Of a stretch of DNA of 64,000 nucleotides, positions 54,573-64,000 are shown piece after piece. Positions within the stretch are counted from its first letter, which is position 1, and every line of letters starts with the position of its first letter. Source of the DNA: Clostridiales bacterium (GTDB taxonomy: Bacteria > Bacillota > Clostridia > Lachnospirales > WQUN01); the NCBI GenBank assembly GCA_031271295.1, contig JAISVZ010000032.1, positions 1,869 to 65,868 on the forward strand. The letters run 5' to 3'. The position numbers and the translations under genes were made by a program. The notes under the pieces were generated by a model, which was given only the letters and a program-made list of their open reading frames with translations, had not been told where the DNA came from and searched no databases.

Positions 54573-55772
54573 ATGAAAAAATTTCATTTATTCAGCTTTA
54601 TTTCTTTATTTTTATTTGCTTTTATACTTATTACTTCTAATGTGCTTGCAGACGAAGCTAATTCCGGCGGCGAATTAAACCCGGATATAAGCGAATACCA
54701 AAAAGCAATAGATGACTTTTTGAAGGAGTACGATTTAGATATTACTATTACAATACCTAAAGATTTCAGCGGGGATTTACCGCCAATTGAGCTCTACATT
54801 GAGAATTTAAAAAACGACCTGTCTATTCAAGGCTATATAAAAGGAAAAGAAAAGGAGAACCTAATAGAGGCATCCGGTTATGATTATAGAATTGTTACGT
54901 TTGATGAAAACGCTGAATTGTCGGTATTTGTGGACGGCAAAAAAATCAACTTCGAAGGTAACATGCCGTACGCCATTAGGGTGCGTAACCATGATGAGGC
55001 AATGCTGCCCTTGGAGGAACTTTCCAGCAAACTGGGTATGACCTTAACGCGAAGCGATGACACATGGACAATTGAATACGGCGATTTTAAGGCCGAAGCC
55101 GATTTTGAAAAAGACCAATTGCTAATTGCGGGTGAATATCCGCAGCCGCTTAGTGAGCTTTTAAAAATAAAGGATGATAACCTGTACGCCAACACCAATT
55201 TTTTCAAAACTACCGGCATATATACACCTTCGCACATTTCTGTAATTTACCATAACCTCAACAAAATTGAACTTTTATCTGCGGGTAGTGACGGAATAGG
55301 TGCGTATACCGAAGCGCAGTTCAAAATGAGTTTACAATATGACAGGGTAGACTATCCCATTACACACGTCAATATTTTGATTGCCTCGCAAGAAAATAAT
55401 TTGCAGGGAATTAATCTGACAGAAATTAATTTGACGGAAAACGAACCGCTTGTTATAAGCAACACCGAAAGGGACAATATACTAATTCCGCTGAGAGAGT
55501 TTGAAAATTTAATGGGGTTAGGCGTAGAGTGGGACGGAAACAAAAAAGAAGCGACAGTTACAAATGGCGATTCAATTTTTACAGTAAATGTGCAGGACGG
55601 ATTTGTGTTGCAAAACGATGAACGGATAAACATAACGGAAGCGTATCCTCCTGTTTTGCAAAACGGAAGAATCTATTTAGATTATTATTACATCGGCAAA
55701 ATTAACAATTTAATTGGTACGTTTTCATACCAGAGCCAAGATTTGTATTTTTCAGAAATGCAGCCGCATTAG
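54573..55772 (+). CDS. secreted protein with copper-amine-oxidase N-terminal-like (stalk) domains
   Basis: The start is revised to the ATG at 54573. Has a signal peptide. Two segments, AMLPLEELSSKLGMTLTRSDDTWTIEYG and ILIPLREFENLMGLGVEWDGNKKEATVTNG, match the stalk-domain repeat. Confidence 0.65.
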   Translation: MKKFHLFSFISLFLFAFILITSNVLADEANSGGELNPDISEYQKAIDDFLKEYDLDITITIPKDFSGDLPPIELYIENLKNDLSIQGYIKGKEKENLIEASGYDYRIVTFDENAELSVFVDGKKINFEGNMPYAIRVRNHDEAMLPLEELSSKLGMTLTRSDDTWTIEYGDFKAEADFEKDQLLIAGEYPQPLSELLKIKDDNLYANTNFFKTTGIYTPSHISVIYHNLNKIELLSAGSDGIGAYTEAQFKMSLQYDRVDYPITHVNILIASQENNLQGINLTEINLTENEPLVISNTERDNILIPLREFENLMGLGVEWDGNKKEATVTNGDSIFTVNVQDGFVLQNDERINITEAYPPVLQNGRIYLDYYYIGKINNLIGTFSYQSQDLYFSEMQPH

Positions 55773-55790
55773 CATAGGGAACAAGCAAAA

Positions 55791-55837
55791 AAACCGGCTG
55801 CGCCGAAGCTTAAACATAGCTTCGGCGCAGCCGGTTT
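55791..55837. terminator. 20-bp-arm hairpin between convergent genes (T-run on minus strand)
   Basis: AAACCGGCTGCGCCGAAGCT-taaacat-AGCTTCGGCGCAGCCGGTTT, preceded by an A7 run. Confidence 0.75.
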
Positions 55838-55888
55838 ACTTCTCCTATTTCTTAATTTCTTAGCTTTGGCGCAACCGGTTAACCGCGC

Positions 55889-56374
55889 CTATTTCTTAAT
55901 ATTTTTGATAAAACTTAGCGGGTTTTTCTTTTCGGGCACATCGCCTTTTTTTGCCGCTTCTTTTGCCTTTCGCTCTTCCTTCATTTGCTTTTCGGATTTC
56001 ATTCCCGGCATATCCACTATGTAAATGCCCGCCAACCCGACCTTTACGCTTTTTCTAACCGGCAGAACCTCGAACACCTTTTTATCGCACATAAGAGTCA
56101 TAATTTGTGCGCCGATTTTTGCCTGCACAAAGTACATCTTCATAAGCTTTGCCGTTTTCGGCATTTGCTCCATTGCGGCTTTTGGCAGGTTAACGTTTGT
56201 TACCTTATCCCTTTTCTTGTCGATTACAAAAATATTTACCACCGTTCTTGTTTTAGATATTAAGCTTTGCTGCTGATCCATCTTTTTCATTGCCCACTTG
56301 TTTAAAAAGTAAAGCCCCGTTCCAAGCGCGGCTACTATTAAAAACACAAGAAACACAATATCCATTGGCCCCAT
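55889..56374 (-). CDS. hypothetical single-TM protein with K/E-rich tail
   Basis: 161 aa. GGAGGG RBS. N-terminal TM IVFLVFLIVAALGTGLYFL. No recognised motifs. Confidence 0.55.
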   Translation of the reverse strand: MGPMDIVFLVFLIVAALGTGLYFLNKWAMKKMDQQQSLISKTRTVVNIFVIDKKRDKVTNVNLPKAAMEQMPKTAKLMKMYFVQAKIGAQIMTLMCDKKVFEVLPVRKSVKVGLAGIYIVDMPGMKSEKQMKEERKAKEAAKKGDVPEKKNPLSFIKNIKK

Positions 56375-56394
56375 ATAAAAACCCTCCGTTAAAT

Positions 56395-58272
56395 TTATTC
56401 GTCATATAGTTTATAATATTGCCACTGTTTATACAACAAAATTTTTTTCGCTTCCGCTTCGGTTAAATTTTCGTACATTTTGTAGCCTTCGCGGGTTACG
56501 TATTCACTTTTTGTTATTACGGGAATTTCGCGCCTCATAGCGTTTAAAAAGCCGAACAATTCCGATATATTGCCGTAACCGGCATAATCGGCAAGTGCCG
56601 CTCCCAAATAGCTTACGCTCATTGTTTCGCCGTTTTGCGGCAAATCTAAATCCTCAGCGTTAACGGTTTTTTGGCTTTTGTAGGCGCTGTTTTGCCAAAA
56701 AAGATAAGGGGCTTTGTATAATTCAATTCTTTCGTTAAATTCGCCGTTCGGGTTAATGTTTAGCCCCGCCTTCTCGAAAACGGAGGTTTGCATCGAAGGC
56801 GCGTGGTCACCAAAATACAGCAATAAAACCGGTTCGCTCAGCGTATTTAAGTAATCCGTAAGCCTGCCCAAGTTTTCATCCTGGTCGGCAACGCCTTCAA
56901 AATAGTTAGAGAGTAAATTTTCCTCGTCTTCGGTTAAAGCCGCGGACGTATTGAAATTTTTTTGAGTATCCACATATTTGTCGCCGTAAGGGCCGTGGTT
57001 TTGGATTGTTACGCAGTATTCAAATACCGGCGCGTTTGGGTTTTGGGCGCGTTTCGCCTCGAAAATATCTATAACCGCGCTTATTGTATCGTATTCGTTA
57101 ATGTACCCGCCTTTGGTTTTTGTACCCTCAAAATAACCCTCAAAATATGATTCGTCAAAACCGAGGTTTGTATACACGTTTTGCCTGTTGTAAAACCATG
57201 CCGCGCCGGGGTGGATAAACACGCTTTGCATTCCCAAACCCTCAAAGTATGTTGTTAAGTTTACATAGGGTTTTGAAATAAGCCTGAAGCCGTAGGAAAC
57301 ATATTCTATTTCGCGTTTGGAAAGGCCGGTTAAAAACTCAAACTCGGTATCCGCCGTACCGCCGCCCGAATGCGGCACAATTATATCGCCGCTTATTCCT
57401 TCGTTTTTAAGGCGCTTGTAATTTTGAAGCGGATCAGCGTAATTTGTAAAATCAAAATTCCCTTTAGACGATAATTCCGTAAACGCCTCGCCCATAATAA
57501 CAATTATATGCGGCATGTTTTGCGCCGGGTATTCGGTCGCGGCGTAGTTTGCCTCAATTTCCGAAAGCAGAGTATCGCGGTTGTAGCCGAGCGGGGTTTT
57601 ACGGGCAAATACCCCTGTATCGTTCATTTGGTAAAGGAAACAGTAAATAAACCCGCGTGAGTTGTACTGGTTAACAAGGTTGTATCTGTTGCCGGTAACC
57701 GGCAGGGATTCGTAAAGTTTATCGCTGGAATAAACGGTGTTGTTAAGCACAATTACAGCCGTTAAAACCAAAGCCGCTCCAAGAATTCGCGCTGCCGCCG
57801 CAATTTTTTGGTTTTTAATATAGATAGCCAACAACACGCCCAGAGCAATTACCGCGCAAACAATTGCGGCATATCCTAAAATACTTAAAATATCAAGGTT
57901 TTTTACAACTATAAGCGCTTCCGCGCCCAAAGCAAAATCCGATGGAACCAAAGGGTCTTGGCGGAGCATGGATTTTACGCGGTTTACCAACGAAAGCGCC
58001 GAAAAAACAAATGTAACCGAAAAAAACGCCGCTGAAAACCTGCCTGTTAAGAAAAACACCAATAACATAAGCAGTAAAACCGGAATAAAATTAAGGAGAA
58101 TAATTTCAGCCGTTGCGGTTTTTATACCGCTTATAATTCCGTCGGTTTCATGATACTGTAAATAGAACACGGCAAATGTTAACACCCCGGCGGATATTAA
58201 AAGCAAAACCGCCGCCGCCCAAACGGGAAGATGCAGGGGCATTTTTTTAGCCGCAAAAATTCTCTTTTTCAT
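56395..58272 (-). CDS. LTA synthase family protein (sulfatase-like phosphoglycerol transferase)
   Basis: 625 aa. 5 N-terminal TM segments. The extracellular sulfatase domain has IIVIMGEAF, GGGTADTEFEFLTG and IQNHGPY. Confidence 0.8.
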   Translation of the reverse strand: MKKRIFAAKKMPLHLPVWAAAVLLLISAGVLTFAVFYLQYHETDGIISGIKTATAEIILLNFIPVLLLMLLVFFLTGRFSAAFFSVTFVFSALSLVNRVKSMLRQDPLVPSDFALGAEALIVVKNLDILSILGYAAIVCAVIALGVLLAIYIKNQKIAAAARILGAALVLTAVIVLNNTVYSSDKLYESLPVTGNRYNLVNQYNSRGFIYCFLYQMNDTGVFARKTPLGYNRDTLLSEIEANYAATEYPAQNMPHIIVIMGEAFTELSSKGNFDFTNYADPLQNYKRLKNEGISGDIIVPHSGGGTADTEFEFLTGLSKREIEYVSYGFRLISKPYVNLTTYFEGLGMQSVFIHPGAAWFYNRQNVYTNLGFDESYFEGYFEGTKTKGGYINEYDTISAVIDIFEAKRAQNPNAPVFEYCVTIQNHGPYGDKYVDTQKNFNTSAALTEDEENLLSNYFEGVADQDENLGRLTDYLNTLSEPVLLLYFGDHAPSMQTSVFEKAGLNINPNGEFNERIELYKAPYLFWQNSAYKSQKTVNAEDLDLPQNGETMSVSYLGAALADYAGYGNISELFGFLNAMRREIPVITKSEYVTREGYKMYENLTEAEAKKILLYKQWQYYKLYDE

Positions 58273-58307
58273 TTCTTAACTCATCTTCTTGATTTAGTAT
58301 TTTTTTA

Positions 58308-61205
58308 TTACTCAAAGTGCATCAAATCCGACGGCATTCCGTCCGGCATGGCTGTACCTGCGCCGCCGCTTTCCTCCGGCGGGTTCTGGTTTGAGTTATC
58401 CGGCGTTTGGGTTGGCGGAAAAACGCCTTGCGGCAGCCCTTCCGCGTTGCCGCCATTCGGGTTAACGCCGCCATCCGCCGCAGATTGCCCGTTACCCGGA
58501 TAAACATCCTCCGCAGGTGATTGCGTACCGTTACCCGGATAAATATCCTCCGCAGGCACGGAACCCACGCCGCCGGAATTATCGGCTCCCGAATTATTGT
58601 TGCCGGGCATGAAAATATCAAGGTCCGACGGCAAGCCTTGCGGCAGGTTATTAAAACCGTTCGGTATAACCGTTGAATTAAACATGTTGTGGAATGTGCA
58701 AACCTCGCCGCTTGGGTTAACCTCGTATTCCGCGTCGTTCGCTTTGCCCGCGTCCTCCGCTTTGCGAATTATTCCTATTCTTGTTTCCCTAACTTCCGGC
58801 GGGCAGTACGGCCCGGCAAGCATTCCGGTGGACGTATCAATTTCCACCGAAGCGTGAATATCGCAGCTTTCCGTGGGAACGGTGCCCGACGCGAAAATTT
58901 CGGTTCTTACGGCGCTGCCTCTTGGGTCGCAGTCGCACAATCCCGTTACCGCAAGCTTTCCGGAATAGCGGCAAACCTGCGCGCTAACTATTCCGTCCGG
59001 CCTTTCAAAATCCCTGTAAGGCAAATCCCTATGAATTTCCTCCATTATTTTGCGCCACAAAATTATATGGTCGCCGGAGGCGTGTTCGATGGGTTTTGGA
59101 ATGTCGAACCCAAACCACACGCTTGCCGCGTAATACGGAGTGTAACCGGCAAACACCAAATCATACGTATCGGTACTTGTTCCGGTTTTGCCCGCTATAG
59201 GCATTTCCACCGTTTCAAACCGCGCCTTGCCGCCGGTTGCGCCGGAATCCGTTAAAACGCCCTCCATCATATCGGTTAAAAGATACGCAGATGTTTTTTT
59301 AAGCACTTGCCTCGGTTCAAGCGTATTATCCACGAGTAAATCCCCGTGGCGGTCGAAAACCTGGGTGTAGAAAATGGGCTTGTTGTAATAGCCGTCGTTT
59401 GCTATTGTGCCGTATGCCGCCGCAAGCTCCACCTGGGTTACGCCGTTTGTAAGCCCGCCAAGCGCAAGAGACGGCCCCTTATCCGATTGCCCGTATTCGT
59501 TTGCCTCTTCAACAAGTGTGGTAAAACCGAAGTTTTTAAGGTATTCAAAGCAGTTATCTATTCCCGCCGTCATTAAATTTTTAACCGTTATTACGTTCAT
59601 AGAGTTTGTTATGCCCTGGCGCACCGTGGAATAACCTCTAAAACCCGTTGAGTACCAATTGTTCGGCACATACGGGCCTGATACCAAATCCACCATATAC
59701 GGCACGTCGTCGTAAACGGTGGCCGGAGTAATAACGCCCATATCTATTGCCGGAGCGTAGGAGGCTACAACCTTAAACGTTGAACCCGGCGAACGGGTGG
59801 ATTCCGTTGCGCGGTTCAACGCTAAGCTGTTGGTTTTTTCCCCGCGTCCGCCCGCCATAGCCTTAACCTGCCCTGTGTGATAATCTATAATCGCGAACGC
59901 GGACTGCGGCTGGGGCGTAAGTTCGTGGCGCTCCGCCTGAACGGTATCGTTCGGGCCCAAGTTTTCCGCGCGCGCCGCGTCTATAAACGGCTGAACCTCT
60001 TCCTGGGTTTTAACCGTCTTTTTTTCCTCAATATTGCGTATCTGCCCGGTTATTGTGTTTTGTATCGTGGCAAGATACAAAACGTCTATTTCATAATCCT
60101 TGGCGGGAAAGTTGGAATCGTCCAAATAGGCGTTGTCCACTATTTTTTGGATTGCCAAATCCTGCGCGGAAACTATTGTAAGCCCGCCGTTTAAGATTAA
60201 ACTGGACGCGGTTACCCTGTCGTAACCCATTTCCATTAAATCGCTCAAAAGGGTTTGATATATTTGATCCTCGTAAAAGGAATGCGCGGTTTGCACCGTT
60301 TCAGTTGGTTCGTTCATAACGAGCGAATAGTTGCCTACTCGCGCGTAAACGTCGTCCTCCCACGCCTCGTCAAACTGCGCCTGAGTTATCATTTCAAGCT
60401 CCAACATTTTATCAAGTATAAGCTTCTGCCTTTTTTTGTTGTTCTCCGGGTTGGTATCCGGCGAATATTTAACGGGGCTGTTGGTTATGCCCGCAAGCAC
60501 CGAAGCCTCGGAAAGCGTAAGGTCTGAAACGTCCTTGCCGAAATAATAGTTGGCTGCGGTTTGCACGCCGTAAAGCCCGTGGTTCATTGGGATGGAGTTC
60601 ATGTAAACGCTTAAAATATAGTCCTTCGCCGCCTGCTTCGAACCAAGCTTTTCGGTTAAAAACTCCTCGTAATTAATAGCCAGATACTGCTCTTTTAACT
60701 TGGATTCGAGGGAATTGCGCGTAACCTTGGTAATATTCATTTTTATAAGCTGCTGAGTTATTGTACTTGCGCCCTGAAGATTGTTGTTTAAAAATATTTC
60801 GCGCACCGAACGCATAATGGAACGCACGTCTATCCCGTTATGGGAATAAAAACGCTCGTCCTCAATGGCGATTATCGCGTTTTTGAAGTTTTGCGAAACG
60901 TCTTCGAACGCGGCGCTTTCCCTATCCTCTTCGCCTTTAAACGAACCTACTTCCCTGCCGTCCTTATCCACAATTTTGGTGGAATATTTTGTTGGCTCTA
61001 TAACGAAATATTCAAAATCCGTTGGCGTATCGTTTAAAATTGCAAGGTACGCGCCCAAAACCGCGCCGCCTCCGGCAAAACCCACAACAAGCACAACCGC
61101 AAGCAGTATGCGGAATATCAAAAGCCCTATTTTATTCTGCACTTTTTTTGTTTTGGATTTATATTTTTTGATTTTTCTAATGCTGTCTTCCTTAGAATAA
61201 TCCAT
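58308..61205 (-). CDS. class A penicillin-binding protein (PBP1A-type transglycosylase/transpeptidase)
   Basis: 965 aa. GT51 motifs AIIAIEDERFYSHNGID and GASTITQQL. Transpeptidase motifs STFK, SMN and KTGT. The P/G/N-rich C-terminal tail contains a short tandem repeat. Confidence 0.92.
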   Translation of the reverse strand: MDYSKEDSIRKIKKYKSKTKKVQNKIGLLIFRILLAVVLVVGFAGGGAVLGAYLAILNDTPTDFEYFVIEPTKYSTKIVDKDGREVGSFKGEEDRESAAFEDVSQNFKNAIIAIEDERFYSHNGIDVRSIMRSVREIFLNNNLQGASTITQQLIKMNITKVTRNSLESKLKEQYLAINYEEFLTEKLGSKQAAKDYILSVYMNSIPMNHGLYGVQTAANYYFGKDVSDLTLSEASVLAGITNSPVKYSPDTNPENNKKRQKLILDKMLELEMITQAQFDEAWEDDVYARVGNYSLVMNEPTETVQTAHSFYEDQIYQTLLSDLMEMGYDRVTASSLILNGGLTIVSAQDLAIQKIVDNAYLDDSNFPAKDYEIDVLYLATIQNTITGQIRNIEEKKTVKTQEEVQPFIDAARAENLGPNDTVQAERHELTPQPQSAFAIIDYHTGQVKAMAGGRGEKTNSLALNRATESTRSPGSTFKVVASYAPAIDMGVITPATVYDDVPYMVDLVSGPYVPNNWYSTGFRGYSTVRQGITNSMNVITVKNLMTAGIDNCFEYLKNFGFTTLVEEANEYGQSDKGPSLALGGLTNGVTQVELAAAYGTIANDGYYNKPIFYTQVFDRHGDLLVDNTLEPRQVLKKTSAYLLTDMMEGVLTDSGATGGKARFETVEMPIAGKTGTSTDTYDLVFAGYTPYYAASVWFGFDIPKPIEHASGDHIILWRKIMEEIHRDLPYRDFERPDGIVSAQVCRYSGKLAVTGLCDCDPRGSAVRTEIFASGTVPTESCDIHASVEIDTSTGMLAGPYCPPEVRETRIGIIRKAEDAGKANDAEYEVNPSGEVCTFHNMFNSTVIPNGFNNLPQGLPSDLDIFMPGNNNSGADNSGGVGSVPAEDIYPGNGTQSPAEDVYPGNGQSAADGGVNPNGGNAEGLPQGVFPPTQTPDNSNQNPPEESGGAGTAMPDGMPSDLMHFE

Positions 61206-61350
61206 ATTTTAACCTCCCGAAAAAGTAAAACCAAAAGTATACAGCAGTGATTATAGCACGATACATACAAAAATTCCAATAAAAATAAGCCCGTGCGCAT
61301 ACACTGTTATATACCGCAAACAAAGCGGCTTAGTTTACGGGGGTATATGA

Positions 61351-62229
61351 ATGAAGGGATTCGGCAGAGGACGCAAAAGGGGTAAACACATAACGCTGGC
61401 TTTACGCAAGCGAAAGGTAAAACGCGATTTTCCAACGCGCGAACCGGTTAGGAGCGAACGGGTTAAACGCGAACCGTTAAGCCGCGAACCGGATAAACTC
61501 GCATCTTTCAGGCGCAAACCGTTAAAACGCGAATCCTTCAAACGCAAAGCTTTCAAACGCGAACCGGACAAACGTTTACCGCATCACGGGTTGCGTTCCG
61601 CCTCAAAATACCGCCGTATTATTATTTTTACCATTTTTCTGATTTTATTAACAGTAATACTCGTTCAAATAGACAAAAAGGCGTTTCCGCAAATTTACGA
61701 AATGGCGCGGATACAATCCATGAATAAAATAAACAACGCCGTAAACTTTTCGGTAACGGATATTTCAAGCAAAATGAACCTTACCGCGTCGGATTTTTAT
61801 GTTAAATCCTTTGACGAAGCGGGGCGGGTTTGCGATATTGCGGTAAACACAATTTTGGTTAACGAGTTCTGCGCGAATTTGGCGCAGGATATTTCCGGCA
61901 ACCTTGTTTTTATGGAAAATGAAAAAGTGAGCCTTCCAATCGGCTCACTTTCCGGGCTTTATTATTTAGCGAACTTGGGGCCTTCGTATTCCGTTTCCGT
62001 GCGCCCAATGGGCGAAACACGCGTGGATTACGACTGCTCGTTCGAATCCGTAGGAATTAATCAGGTAAACTTTCAAATTTGGCTTATGGTAGAGGCAAAG
62101 GTTTTGGTGGTTAACCCGCTTAAGCGGCAGGAAATTGAGTTAAGCCGCAAGGTTTCGCTTGTAAATACCGTTATAACCGGAGATGTGCCGGATACTTATT
62201 TAAACGCCGGGGGGATGTTTGGGGGGTGA
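61351..62229 (+). CDS. yunB: sporulation protein YunB with K/R/E/P-rich N-terminal extension
   Basis: GGGGG RBS 7 nt upstream. One TM (IIIFTIFLILLTVILV), then a YunB-like core (...LPIGSLSGLYYLANLGPSYSVSVRPMGETRVDYDCSFESVGINQVNFQIWL...). The first ~85 residues are repetitive (KREP/KRES units). Confidence 0.75.
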   Translation: MKGFGRGRKRGKHITLALRKRKVKRDFPTREPVRSERVKREPLSREPDKLASFRRKPLKRESFKRKAFKREPDKRLPHHGLRSASKYRRIIIFTIFLILLTVILVQIDKKAFPQIYEMARIQSMNKINNAVNFSVTDISSKMNLTASDFYVKSFDEAGRVCDIAVNTILVNEFCANLAQDISGNLVFMENEKVSLPIGSLSGLYYLANLGPSYSVSVRPMGETRVDYDCSFESVGINQVNFQIWLMVEAKVLVVNPLKRQEIELSRKVSLVNTVITGDVPDTYLNAGGMFGG

Positions 62230-62270
62230 AAAGCACCGAAAAAACTTGTGAGATTTTTTCTCACACTCTA

Positions 62271-62299
62271 TTGTATTTCTCTTTTTCTTTGGATATACT
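62271..62299 (+). promoter_or_regulatory. sigma-A type promoter of the ATPase/RloB pair
   Basis: TTGTAT (62271-62276), 17-nt spacer, TATACT (62294-62299), just after a small hairpin that ends the yunB transcript region. Confidence 0.5.
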
Positions 62300-62326
62300 G
62301 TATATCTAGAAGGAGGAATGATGACT

Positions 62327-63550
62327 ATGCTCTGCCAATTTACCTTTAGCAATTTTAAGTCTTATAGAGATGAAGTAACCCTTGATTTTTGCCCTGCCAA
62401 TATATCCGAGCACCCGGAAACGCTAATTGTTGATAAAACAGATAATACCAAATATTTGCCGGTTGCGGCCATATATGGCCCTAACGGCGGAGGAAAATCA
62501 AACGTTATTGAAGCGTTTCTTTTTTTAAGAAAAACCGTATTAACTCAGCCGCGCCTTGATGAAAACGAATTTCCAATTGATAAGACTCAAACGGTGCGCT
62601 CACATACAACCACAAATAAACACTTTATGTTTAATAATTCCGGTGCGGTATTGCCAACTTCCTTTGAGGTTATTTTCAGAGTGAAGGGGTACGAATTCAA
62701 GTATATTCTTAAAATAAAAGCGGGATTGGTGTTCGAGGAAAATCTGTATGCCACCGATATTAAAGGAGATATCGTCTCACTTGTTTTTGAACGCTCAAAA
62801 GATAATATAGAGCTTGGTGATTCGCTTAGCGGCGCACAAGCCGAGAGCATCAACCCAGCAATGCCTTTAATTCAGTTTCTTGCCGCAACATATGATTATG
62901 ACATACCTAAAGACGTAGTATCTTGGTTTAAAGCAACTTATGTAATTAATTACGGAAACCCACGCTATGAGAATGCAATTTTTTTTCCGGATACGGAAGA
63001 TGTTAAAAAGCTTTTTTTCGGCATCCTAAATGAGATGGATATAAATATAAGTGATATACGTATTGATAAAGATGAAGATGGTAAAATTACCAATATCCAA
63101 ACGGAGTATAAAGTTTTAGGCGGCAACTATTATCTTAATTACGATCAAGAATCGGCGGGAACTCAAAAGTTACTGTCGTTTCTGATGCTACCGCTAAATG
63201 CGCTAAAAAAAGGAAGCGTTTTATTTGTGGACGAATTAGACGCAAAACTTCATCCTAAAATGTTAGAGTATATTATAAAGCTGTTCACGGACCCCTCAGT
63301 TAATAAAAACGGAGCTCAGCTTGTAATTACCTCACACGACATTTATACGATGAACAATGTAATTTTTAGGCGGGACGAAATATGGTTTGCCGCAAGAAGT
63401 AACGATTTATCATCGCGTTTGTACTCGCTGTCGGATTTCAAAAAAGGAGATAAGAAGGCAAGGAAGGATGAAAACTACGGCAAACAATATATTGAGGGCA
63501 GGTACGGCGCAGACCCATACCTTAAAAAAATAGTTGAATGGGAGGTATAA
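62327..63550 (+). CDS. AAA_21/AAA_15-type ATPase (AbiLi / RloA-like, OLD-family ATPase-like)
   Basis: The start is probably the ATG at 62327 (AGGAGG at 62311-62316). MLCQFTFSNFKSYRDEVTLDF is an SMC/ABC-like N-terminus. Walker A GPNGGGKSN. ESAGTQKLLSF (Q-loop/signature-like). Walker B VLFVDELDAKLHP. ITSHD. Confidence 0.8.
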   Translation: MLCQFTFSNFKSYRDEVTLDFCPANISEHPETLIVDKTDNTKYLPVAAIYGPNGGGKSNVIEAFLFLRKTVLTQPRLDENEFPIDKTQTVRSHTTTNKHFMFNNSGAVLPTSFEVIFRVKGYEFKYILKIKAGLVFEENLYATDIKGDIVSLVFERSKDNIELGDSLSGAQAESINPAMPLIQFLAATYDYDIPKDVVSWFKATYVINYGNPRYENAIFFPDTEDVKKLFFGILNEMDINISDIRIDKDEDGKITNIQTEYKVLGGNYYLNYDQESAGTQKLLSFLMLPLNALKKGSVLFVDELDAKLHPKMLEYIIKLFTDPSVNKNGAQLVITSHDIYTMNNVIFRRDEIWFAARSNDLSSRLYSLSDFKKGDKKARKDENYGKQYIEGRYGADPYLKKIVEWEV

Positions 63551-63552
63551 CA

Positions 63553-64000
63553 TGAGCAAGAAACCTCTCAAACATGGAGATCAAAAAGTTATAGATGAAA
63601 GGCTTCGCTTGAAAGCCGCAAAAAAGATTAGGCGTACCGAAGAATTACCTCTGCTTCCGCCAATCACCAAAATTTTTTGCGAGGGAACAAAAACAGAACC
63701 CCACTATTTAAAGGAAATCGTCAACAGCATAACGGAGCGTTATAAGAAATATGCTATGGAAAACCGCATAAGCCTTGATGATGTAGTGCAAATTGAAGGA
63801 GTTGCCCGCAGCGGAAAAAGCCTTTTGGAATACGCCAAAAAACACGTACCCACGGACGTTGTGAACGTATGGTTGGTATATGATAAAGACGACTTTCCGC
63901 CTGAGCAATTTAACGTTACTCCGAAAATGGCCGCCGCTGAAACGAAGAAGGGAAAGGTAAACTACAGTACCGCTTGGTCGAACGAATGCATTGAATTATG
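63553..64000 (+). CDS. RloB-like (Toprim-related) protein, N-terminal 149 codons (3' end outside window)
   Basis: Not in the supplied ORF track because it runs off the window. The ATG at 63553 is 2 nt after the ATPase stop, with a GGGAGG RBS. My own translation contains IFCEGTKTEPHYL, VWLVYDKDDF and AWSNECIEL, the three RloB family motifs. Confidence 0.8.

Noticed and set aside
55791-55837. Possible extra copy of the structured element, because it shares GCTGCGCCGAAGC / GCTTCGGCGCAGC with 5682-5958
   Set aside because: Only the ~13-nt GC-rich stem motif is shared. Its position between convergent genes and its adjacent A/T runs fit a normal intrinsic terminator.
58330-58620. Short tandem repeat and overlapping ORFs at the 3' end of the PBP gene
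   Set aside because: It encodes the P/G/N-rich disordered C-terminal tail (AEDIYPGNG / AEDVYPGNG) common in class A PBPs of Firmicutes. It is not an independent element.

Overview
This 64-kb window looks like a chromosomal segment of an endospore-forming Firmicute, probably Clostridia-like. Evidence: AGGAGG-type RBSs, lipoprotein signal peptides, a SpoIID/LytB-domain protein and YunB. The backbone is housekeeping: argB (partial)-argD, RNase R, secG, aroA, polA-coaE, eda-kdgK, a class A PBP, an LTA-synthase-family protein, several ABC uptake systems and two-component proteins.

Accessory islets interrupt this backbone:
1. 3.2-8.9 kb holds a zeta-toxin remnant, a frameshifted PfkB kinase and hicAB. 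It also holds a 354-nt direct duplication of a VOC gene. A 1.45-kb gene-free gap there carries two inverted copies of a ~275-nt multi-hairpin element that I cannot assign to any family.
2. 32.0-35.3 kb is GC-rich. It encodes a 7TMR-DISM sensor with only a DHp domain, an OmpR-type regulator and an Rpn-like nuclease gene with a 12-nt tandem repeat.
3. 47.9-55.8 kb is AT-rich. It has a lactococcin-972-type export/immunity cassette with a candidate secreted peptide, and a BlaI/BlaR1-like pair coupled to a small secreted protein.
4. 62.3 kb to the window end holds an AAA ATPase plus RloB-like (AbiL/OLD-like) defence pair.

No rRNA, tRNA or CRISPR array was seen. All product calls rest on motif recognition from the translations. 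No database search was possible. Start codons marked as revised were chosen from RBS spacing.
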